DNA of 64,000 nucleotides from Dehalococcoidia bacterium (GTDB lineage Bacteria; Chloroflexota; Dehalococcoidia; Lucifugimonadales; UBA1127), in contig OZ252225.1 in NCBI GenBank assembly GCA_965249315.1, positions 143,141 through 207,140 on the forward strand, given 5' to 3'. The position numbers and the translations under genes are program-made. Below the pieces are notes generated by a model. The model saw nothing but the letters and a program-made list of their open reading frames with translations, did not search any database and was not told the DNA's origin. Of this stretch, positions 18,031 to 25,060 are shown in pieces; the first letter of the stretch is position 1, and every line of letters begins with the position of its first letter.

Positions 18031-19734
18031 CTATCTATCGAGCCAGGCGTTCGCCAAGAACAGGATCGGGTACGGTTCATATCCCTTGAGCCAGCTCCGC
18101 GCCACCGTCAAGGCCTTGAGCTGCCCAATATGGTATCCGGCACCCGACTCTTGGAAGTAGAGGGTCTGGATCTCATTCAACCATTGCAAGTGCCTAGCCT
18201 GGTCGGTCTCGAAGTGGATCAGCTCAGAAAGTTCCATCAGCCGCGCGCTAGGCGTGTACCTGGACACGAACGCGCTTACCGGCGCGGTCCGAAACCGGGT
18301 ATTGGCAGCGTTCGCCCAACCGCCGGTGGTGACGAGCATGTTCCATCCTGACTGCGCAGCGCGTTGCTGTTTGACGGAAGCATCGTCCATGGGGCGGAAG
18401 TCCACGTTGAAACCAGCATCGCGCATGTTCTCCACGAGAACCGATACCGTGTTGAACATTGCTGGCACGTCCTGGGAAGCGAGGACGACAATGGGCTCGC
18501 CCGCGTATCCAGCGTCCTCTGCGAGCTTCCGGGCCATCTCCTTGTCATTGATATTGTAGAGATCGTTGCCCCCCGTTACGTCACTCTGGTTGATTGCCCA
18601 ATCGCCCTCGAAGCCATCGACGCACCAGGATAGGAGAGGGCATAGCTTGTAGAACTCGGGTCTACCTCCGGACGCCAGCAATGCTTTGTCATGGTCCCAT
18701 GAAGTGACCATCGCACGCCGTATGGCGTTGCTGTCCGTAGGCGGGTTCTCGTTGTTGAACCACGCGAAGGGTCTGATACCCGGATCGATGATGTAGGTGT
18801 CAATCTCGCTATTGCCCTCAAGGGTGTCGAAGAAGTCGGGGGAGACGTCAAACAGGTAGTCGAACTGCCCCGACTCCAGACCTGCGACACGAGTGGTCTG
18901 GTCCGGCACTTCGAAGATGTGGATCTCGTCCGCGTAGGCATGGCGTTTGCCCGCAAGGAAGCTGGATTCCTCCTCTCGGGCCACGTAGCCGTCATAGCGC
19001 TCAAGCTCGACCCTGTCCCCTTGAACCCACTGCTTGAGCATGTAGGGCCCGGTGCCGATGTACTCCGTGACCGACTCCTTGTGATCGGTCTCGGCAAGCC
19101 TCTTCGGCATCACGTGGGGCACTCGACCCGACGACGCAGCCAATCCGTTGAGCAGTGTGGGTACAGGACGCTTGAAGGTGATCCGGAAGACCCTGTCGTC
19201 CACCTCTTCCATCTGGTCAACTTGCGCCATAATGATCCCGAAGAACGCTGCGGCGGAGGAGGCTCTGTTGTAACGGTCAATGGATGCGAGGACGTCTGCA
19301 GAGGTAACCTGACTGCCGTCGTGGAATGTGAGCCCGTCCCGAATAGTGAATGTGTAAACTGAGCCGTCCCCGGAAATGGCCCAATCGGCCACCATGGGCC
19401 TCACCGCATAGTTGGCATCCAAAGTCGTGACGTTCTCGAACATGTGGATCGCGGCGTTACGCGTTGCGAAGGCACTCGTGAACATGTTATCGAGCGACCC
19501 CACGCCTGCCTCGTTGACGGCCTTTATCACACCGCCGAACTTCGGGCCGTCCATAGCATCGCTCGGGGTCTCCGCCGAAGCCGGCTGAGGGGTGGCCGCC
19601 GCGGTCTGGGCCGCAGGCTGGGCCGCCGGCTGCGAGGTGGCAGTCTCCTCGTCATCTCCACCGCAGGCGACCAACGCCAGCAGGACAGTCGCCAGCACCA
19701 GCGAGGCCAGTTTCCGACTAAACTTCACGTACAT
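18031..19734 (-). CDS. ABC transporter substrate-binding lipoprotein, family 5, SBP2
   Basis: Start set at ATG 19734 (MYVKFSRKLASLVLATVLLALVACGGDDEE), preceded by GGGAGAGGGG. The ORF's upstream extension to 19974 is rejected. Confidence 0.88.
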   Translation of the reverse strand: MYVKFSRKLASLVLATVLLALVACGGDDEETATSQPAAQPAAQTAAATPQPASAETPSDAMDGPKFGGVIKAVNEAGVGSLDNMFTSAFATRNAAIHMFENVTTLDANYAVRPMVADWAISGDGSVYTFTIRDGLTFHDGSQVTSADVLASIDRYNRASSAAAFFGIIMAQVDQMEEVDDRVFRITFKRPVPTLLNGLAASSGRVPHVMPKRLAETDHKESVTEYIGTGPYMLKQWVQGDRVELERYDGYVAREEESSFLAGKRHAYADEIHIFEVPDQTTRVAGLESGQFDYLFDVSPDFFDTLEGNSEIDTYIIDPGIRPFAWFNNENPPTDSNAIRRAMVTSWDHDKALLASGGRPEFYKLCPLLSWCVDGFEGDWAINQSDVTGGNDLYNINDKEMARKLAEDAGYAGEPIVVLASQDVPAMFNTVSVLVENMRDAGFNVDFRPMDDASVKQQRAAQSGWNMLVTTGGWANAANTRFRTAPVSAFVSRYTPSARLMELSELIHFETDQARHLQWLNEIQTLYFQESGAGYHIGQLKALTVARSWLKGYEPYPILFLANAWLDR

Positions 19735-19819
19735 AATCCCCTCTCCCATTCTACGATAACTGCCACAGAATAGCCTAATATAGCGTCGACTCGTTGCAAC
19801 ACACTTAGCGACTCTCCAT

Positions 19820-19848
19820 AATATAATCACGCGTGTTACCCTTGTCAA
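19820..19848 (-). promoter_or_regulatory. sigma70-like promoter candidate for ABC locus 2
   Basis: Minus strand reads TTGACA (19848..19843), 17-nt spacer, TATATT (19825..19820), in a locally low-GC spacer. Confidence 0.5.
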
Positions 19849-19982
19849 GGCTTCTTGGATTGAACGGAGTGTTCGGGGACGAGGTGAGCGTGGAGGGCCC
19901 AACGGAGCCGAGGCCATTCTCTCGCAAGTGGCTGCGAATGCCAAATTGCCCTCCCGCCACCGCGCTGCCCGCACGGAGGCCG

Positions 19983-20882
19983 CTAGAGCTTGCCTCTGAG
20001 CTTGGGGTCAAGGCTGTCCCGGAGGCCGTCACCAATCAGATTGACGCCCAGCACGGTGAGGCTAAGGAAGAGGCCCGGGAAGAAGATGATCCAAACGGCG
20101 ATCTGAGCAGTCTGCCGACCCTCGCCCATGGTGTTTCCCCACGTGGGCACGCCGGGAGGCACGCCGGTGCCCAGGAATGAGAGACCCGCCTCGATCAGGA
20201 TAGCGACGGCAAACACAAACGTCGCTTGTACAAGGATCGGCGCCACCATGTTGGGGAGGATGTGCAGCAGCATTGTCCTGAAGGGTCCTACACCAATCGC
20301 TTGGGCCGCCATCACGTAATCCACCTCCCGCAAGCTCAGGACCGATGCTCGGGCTAGCCTAACCGTATATGGGGTTGTAACAAGAGAGATGGCAAGAATG
20401 ACTGTCCCCACGCCTGCACCCCAGGCAGCGACCATAGCAATGGCCAGCAGGAATGAAGGGAAGGCGAGCAAGGCGTCCATGAAACGCATCAGAACGAAGT
20501 CCACGGGGCGAAAATATCCGGAGACAAGGCCCAGTACTACGCCAACGGTGGCTATGAATCCCGACACCGACGCTCCGACAAGGAGGGACACCCTGGCGCC
20601 ATAGACAACCCGCGTGTAGACGTCTCTACCCAGGTGATCCGTCCCGAACCAGTGTGATGACGAAGGTGAGTACAAGCGGTCTGCTACGTTGAGCCTGCTG
20701 GGATCGTACTCGGTGATCAGCGGGGCACTGATTGCCAAGATCGCCACTGCTATAACAAGAATGAAACCCAGAGCCATGTTCGGGTTCTTCCTGAGTGCCC
20801 GGCCGCTGCCGCGGAGCATCCTCCCGAGGCGCCCCAGGCCAGGCAGAATGGACGGGCCGCGGCTCGCAGCAGCTTCGCTCAT
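19983..20882 (-). CDS. ABC transporter permease (DppC/OppC-like), locus 3
   Basis: 299 aa. Paralog of 16019..16921 and colinear along its whole length. Confidence 0.9.
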   Translation of the reverse strand: MSEAAASRGPSILPGLGRLGRMLRGSGRALRKNPNMALGFILVIAVAILAISAPLITEYDPSRLNVADRLYSPSSSHWFGTDHLGRDVYTRVVYGARVSLLVGASVSGFIATVGVVLGLVSGYFRPVDFVLMRFMDALLAFPSFLLAIAMVAAWGAGVGTVILAISLVTTPYTVRLARASVLSLREVDYVMAAQAIGVGPFRTMLLHILPNMVAPILVQATFVFAVAILIEAGLSFLGTGVPPGVPTWGNTMGEGRQTAQIAVWIIFFPGLFLSLTVLGVNLIGDGLRDSLDPKLRGKL

Positions 20883-21841
20883 CGGTATCGGATCCTTGGG
20901 TCGAGGTAGGCGTATAAGAGGTCGGTAAGGAGATTCAGGACGATGAAGGTCATGGCCGTCACCAGGATGAGGCCCTGTATGACCGGGTAGTCCCGCTGGA
21001 GCAACGCTTCAACCAGCGCTCGCCCCATCCCCGGGATAGCAAAGACCAGCTCGAGTATCACGATGCCGCTGATGATGTTCGCGAGGCCCAGGGCTGCAAC
21101 GGTGACGATGGGAATGGACGCGTTCTTCAAAGCGTGGCGCAGCAGCACTACGCGATCCGCCAAGCCCTTGGCTCTAGCAGTGCGAATGTAGTCCTCCCTC
21201 AGGACCTCAAGCATAGTTGCGCGGGTGATGCGAGCCGTAAGAGCGCCTGCTGTGAGCGCCAGGGTGATCACAGGCAAGGTTAGGTGTTTGGCCCACGCTC
21301 CGACGCCTTCTGCAAAGGGGGAATACCCCACAGCGGGAAGCCATCCGAGCTCTACAGCAAACAGGAAGATCAGGTTATAGGCGAGCCAGTACTGAGGTAC
21401 GGAAAACCCCACAACCACGTACATCATCACTCCACGGTCGATGATGCTGTTCGCCTTCCATGCTGCGAGGATGCCCAGTGGAACGGCAAGAGCCAGGGCT
21501 GTGAACTGCGAGAGGATCCCAAGGGAGACCGTGGCTTCAAAGCGCTGCTTGAAGATGCTGGTCACGGACTGGCCTGTAAAGACAGAGGTGCCTAGGTCGC
21601 CGCGAACAGTGTTCCAGAGGAACCTCCCGTACTGCTCATAGAGAGGCCGGTCCAGGCCCAAGGCTCTGCGGATCTCCTCCAGGTCCTGTTGGGCAAGCTG
21701 TGCCGACTCAGAACCTGAGAGCAGAAGCGCGGCAGGGTCCCCGGGTGTGAGGTGGAGGATGAGGAACACGATTGTGCCAACAAAGAAGAGGATAGGGATG
21801 GTGGCCCCAAGGCGTTGAACGATGTAGGTTGTCATTCCCAC
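20879..21841 (-). CDS. ABC transporter permease (DppB/OppB-like), locus 3
   Basis: 320 aa. Paralog of 16918..17874. 4-nt overlap with the downstream permease. Confidence 0.9.
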   Translation of the reverse strand: MGMTTYIVQRLGATIPILFFVGTIVFLILHLTPGDPAALLLSGSESAQLAQQDLEEIRRALGLDRPLYEQYGRFLWNTVRGDLGTSVFTGQSVTSIFKQRFEATVSLGILSQFTALALAVPLGILAAWKANSIIDRGVMMYVVVGFSVPQYWLAYNLIFLFAVELGWLPAVGYSPFAEGVGAWAKHLTLPVITLALTAGALTARITRATMLEVLREDYIRTARAKGLADRVVLLRHALKNASIPIVTVAALGLANIISGIVILELVFAIPGMGRALVEALLQRDYPVIQGLILVTAMTFIVLNLLTDLLYAYLDPRIRYR

Positions 21842-21896
21842 CCTGACTAGCTGGTATGCAGCGCCCCTGCAGCCAGAATACTAGCCGGATGTTCCC

Positions 21897-21941
21897 GTAG
21901 AAGAGAGCGGGCCACCCCTAGGGCGACCCGCTCTCTTCTAC
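21897..21941 (-). promoter_or_regulatory. intercistronic stem-loop between the SBP3 and permease genes
   Basis: Perfect 15-bp stem GTAGAAGAGAGCGGG/CCCGCTCTCTTCTAC with a 15-nt loop. Confidence 0.55.
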
Positions 21942-21973
21942 ACCGGCTATTGGACCCACTGCTCTTACCGCGG

Positions 21974-23677
21974 CTATCTGTCCAGCCAGGAGTTGACAAG
22001 GAACATCACCGGGTGGGGCGTAAACCCTCTCAGGTCGTTGCGGGTCACGGTCATGGTCCTGATCTCGCCCACAAAGTAGCAGCACCCCGTGTACTCTTGC
22101 GCGAGCACCTGGACTTCATTGAGCCACTGAACCAGCCTGTCCCGGTCGGTCTCGAAGTGGATCAGGACAGCCAGCTCAGTCATTCGATCGGGGGGACTGA
22201 AGCCCGAAGCGAAGCTGCTGGTGGGCGCAGACCGGAAGCGCGTGGCCATGGAGTTGGCCCAGGAGTTGGTCACGACACCCATGTGCCAGCCGTCCTGCTG
22301 GTTCTGGATGAGAGAGTCGTTAGCGGCGTGGTCTCGTACCTGCAGCTTCACGTTGAAGCCCGCATCCTGCATATTCTCAAAGAACACCTGGGACGTGCGG
22401 AAGAGGGTGGGCACGTCCTGGGAGCCGTTCAGCAGGATCTCCTCTCCGTTGTAGCCCGCATCCTCGGCTAGCTGGCGCGCCAGTTCCCGGTCATTGATGT
22501 TGTGGAGGTCCTGTCCTGCCTGGAGTTCAGTCGACATGATGGGTCCCGTGGGGTCAACGCCATCTACGCACCAGGACTGGACTCCGCACACGTTGTAGAA
22601 CTCGGGGCTACCGCCGCCCGCTCTGAGAGCGGCTTCGACGTTGAAGGAGGTAACGATGGCCCGCCGGATGTCCTTACTGTCGGTGGGCGGGTTGAGGTGG
22701 TTGAACCAGACGAAGGGTCGCACGCCGGGGACGTTGATGTAGACCTTCAGGTCCGAGTTGGTGTTGACCCGGTCGTGGAAGTCGTTGGCGATCTCAGCCA
22801 CGTAGTCGAACTGCCCCGCCTCAAGCCCAGCCAGGCGCGTGGCCGGGTCTGGGATTTCCAGGATGTGAATCTCGTCGGCATAGGCGTGGCGGGCACCAGC
22901 GAAACCGCTTGTGTCCTCAGTGCGGGCCACGTAGCCTTCGTAACGCTGCAGCTCAACTCGGTCGCCCCGGACCCACTCTTTGAGCATATAGGGACCGGAG
23001 CCGATGTAGGTCCCGGCATCCTCGTTGTGCGGGGTCTCACACTGACTCTTCGGCATCATGATGGGAACACGCCCAGCCATGGCACTCAGCCCGTTCAGGA
23101 TGGTCACCAACGGCCGGTTGTAGGACATAGTGAAGGAGCGATCGTCCACCTTCTCCATGCTTGCGAGCTCACCAAAATGGATGCCGTTGAAAGAAGCAGG
23201 AGAAGCCGTGCCCCGCCAGCGTTCGATGCACGTCATGATATCGTCCGACGTGACCGGGTTCCCATCGTGCCACGTCAAGTCTTCACGGACTGTGAACGTG
23301 AACGTGCTCCCGTCGCCCGTCACCGCCCAGTCCGCAATCTGGGGCTGGATTGCCAGGTTGTCGTCCATGGTTACGACAGTCTCAAAGATGTGGGCGGCGA
23401 CGTTCCGTGTCGAGAACTGGCTGGTGAAGGTGTTGTCCAAGGAGAAAGCGCCGGACTCGTTGACGCCCCTGATGATGCCGCCGCGCCTGGGAGACCCATC
23501 AGAGGGAGGCGTGGTGGCCTCAGCTGCAGCGGGAGCCGCCGTAGTCGGGGCTGCAGGCTGGGCTGCCGCGGTCGTTGTCTCTGCGTCCTCGTCATCGCTG
23601 CCGCAGGCGGCCACGATGAGGGCTAGCGTGACTATTCCCGCGAGGAGAACCCTGTGTCTTCGTGCAAGCCACTTCAT
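21974..23677 (-). CDS. ABC transporter substrate-binding lipoprotein, family 5, SBP3
   Basis: Start set at ATG 23677 (MKWLARRHRVLLAGIVTLALIVAACGSDDED), preceded by GGGGAGGTG. Colinear paralog of SBP2. Confidence 0.88.
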   Translation of the reverse strand: MKWLARRHRVLLAGIVTLALIVAACGSDDEDAETTTAAAQPAAPTTAAPAAAEATTPPSDGSPRRGGIIRGVNESGAFSLDNTFTSQFSTRNVAAHIFETVVTMDDNLAIQPQIADWAVTGDGSTFTFTVREDLTWHDGNPVTSDDIMTCIERWRGTASPASFNGIHFGELASMEKVDDRSFTMSYNRPLVTILNGLSAMAGRVPIMMPKSQCETPHNEDAGTYIGSGPYMLKEWVRGDRVELQRYEGYVARTEDTSGFAGARHAYADEIHILEIPDPATRLAGLEAGQFDYVAEIANDFHDRVNTNSDLKVYINVPGVRPFVWFNHLNPPTDSKDIRRAIVTSFNVEAALRAGGGSPEFYNVCGVQSWCVDGVDPTGPIMSTELQAGQDLHNINDRELARQLAEDAGYNGEEILLNGSQDVPTLFRTSQVFFENMQDAGFNVKLQVRDHAANDSLIQNQQDGWHMGVVTNSWANSMATRFRSAPTSSFASGFSPPDRMTELAVLIHFETDRDRLVQWLNEVQVLAQEYTGCCYFVGEIRTMTVTRNDLRGFTPHPVMFLVNSWLDR

Positions 23678-23731
23678 ACCGCACCTCCCCACCAAATACG
23701 AATCTTCGTAAAGAACCGCTAGGCTGATGTC

Positions 23732-23760
23732 TTCATACTCTTTTTCGCCGCAGTTGTCAA
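23732..23760 (-). promoter_or_regulatory. sigma70-like promoter candidate for ABC locus 3
   Basis: Minus strand reads TTGACA (23760..23755), 17-nt spacer, TATGAA (23737..23732). Confidence 0.4.
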
Positions 23761-23811
23761 GCGAGCGAAGTATTATCCGTAGATATCCGATAGTGCCTAT
23801 CCTTCGCTCGC
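23761..23811. promoter_or_regulatory. inverted repeat abutting the -35 box, enclosing three TATCC direct repeats (possible regulator site)
   Basis: Arms GCGAGCGAAG (23761..23770) and CTTCGCTCGC (23802..23811). The interior reads tattatccgtagatatccgatagtgcctatcc. Confidence 0.35.
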
Positions 23812-23848
23812 AATGGTGGCTCCAAGAAGGGCAGCAGTCCGTCCCGTT

Positions 23849-24106
23849 CTATCCCGCGTATCCACAGGTGGATAGTCTCATAATGTCTTCCTCAAGCGTT
23901 CGGCGATGTGCGCTTTGGGGACTTCCTTCTGATGCATCTCCCAAGCCAGGGTGGTCAGCGTAACGTTTCAACATATCCAAGAGCGTACACAGGGACTGTC
24001 GGATTTCTACGGAAACATTGTGGCGTAGCGAGCACTCCAGTGCCTGGAAGCCGGTGATGGCCGAAGTATGTGGAGGAGTGAGATTGAGGTCCGTGGGGCG
24101 CCGCAA
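23849..24106 (-). CDS. orphan hypothetical ORF in the low-GC tmRNA 3' flank (may not be a real gene)
   Basis: 85-aa ORF with no motif recognised. Local composition differs from the neighbouring genes. Confidence 0.2.
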   Translation of the reverse strand: MRRPTDLNLTPPHTSAITGFQALECSLRHNVSVEIRQSLCTLLDMLKRYADHPGLGDASEGSPQSAHRRTLEEDIMRLSTCGYAG

Positions 24107-24165
24107 ACAGCGACAGGATATAGCCGGAGGGTTATCGGAGGGACCGGTCAGCGCGCCGCCGCTCG

Positions 24166-24520
24166 TGGTGGAGACGGGGGGGAGTCGAACCCCCCGTCCA
24201 GAAAGCTCACTGAAGGACCTACTACAGGCTTATCCGGCGCTTGTTTCTCGCCCGGGCCACCCCCGCCGGCAGGGGCTGGTCCAGGCCAGCCGATTTGTGT
24301 CTTACGCCCTCACTGCATCGGCATCGGTGCGGGTTGCACCCCGATGCTTTGGCGCCCGATCCTACCCCTCGGGGGAGAGTAGGGCGGACGGGCTGCCTAT
24401 CTAGGCAGCCAGTGCGAGTTCGCGCTCGCCAGTTACTTTTGTACCGCCGGTTTAACGAGGGTGACGGCTCCTCGGCCTGCATTCCTCCAGGGGCACTCCC
24501 TGTCGAACCCACGCGTCCCC
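24166..24520 (-). ncRNA. ssrA: tmRNA (SsrA), one-piece
   Basis: 5' end GGGGACGCGUGGGUUCGACAGGG. 3' end GGACGGGGGGUUCGACUCCCCCCCGUCUCCACCA. The acceptor stem has a G3:U pair. Tag frame GGC GAG CGC GAA CUC GCA CUG GCU GCC UAG (24430..24401) encodes GERELALAA. Adjacent to smpB. Confidence 0.93.
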
Positions 24521-24543
24521 TAGGGCTTCATTGTAGCACAGGG

Positions 24544-25041
24544 CTATCGTTGCCTCAGCGCCCGCTGGATGTCGCGCTCCACAGCCCGATCGATGAGGGC
24601 CTGCTTCTTCTGGTAGCGACGCTTTCCCCGGGCCAAGCCCAGGGCTACCTTGGCCACCCGTCCCTTGACGTAGAGGCGCAGTGGCACCATGGTGAGGCCG
24701 CGCTGGGCAGCCCGGCCCATGAGGGCGTCCAGCTCCTTACGGTGCAGCAGGAGCTTACGAGGGCGCAGAGGCTCGTGGTTGTGGAGGTTCCCCTGCGCAT
24801 AGGGGGAGATGTGCATGCCGTGAAGCCAGAGCTCGTGGTCCTGGGAGTGGGCGTAGGCCCCCCGCAGGTCAACCTGGCCGGTCCTGATGGACTTGATCTC
24901 GGTCCCGAACAGGACCAGGCCAGCCTCGTACGTTTCCAGGATTTCGTAGTCGAAGGTGGCTCGGCGGTTGGTGGCGATGGTGCGAAAGAAGTCCGTCTGC
25001 TGGTGCGAGTCGCTTCCCTTGGAGGGCTGTCGTCTTGACAT
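24544..25041 (-). CDS. smpB: SsrA-binding protein SmpB
   Basis: 165 aa. IATNRRATFDYEILETYEAG..L.GTEIKS and the basic C-terminal tail are typical of SmpB. Confidence 0.93.
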   Translation of the reverse strand: MSRRQPSKGSDSHQQTDFFRTIATNRRATFDYEILETYEAGLVLFGTEIKSIRTGQVDLRGAYAHSQDHELWLHGMHISPYAQGNLHNHEPLRPRKLLLHRKELDALMGRAAQRGLTMVPLRLYVKGRVAKVALGLARGKRRYQKKQALIDRAVERDIQRALRQR

Positions 25042-25060
25042 AATGATATGGCGAACGAGG

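Noticed and set aside
23678-24165. Looked for an integrase, an att-site duplication or a prophage next to the tmRNA 3' end.
   Set aside because: No integrase-like ORF is present, and I could not find a second copy of the tmRNA 3'-terminal sequence in the window. Only a composition anomaly remains, which is reported separately as a low-confidence finding.
24018-25038. ORFs 24018..24404, 24068..24382, 24222..24512 and 24241..25038 around 24.0-25.0 kb.
   Set aside because: They run through the tmRNA gene (24166..24520) or antisense to smpB. The RNA gene explains the sequence.
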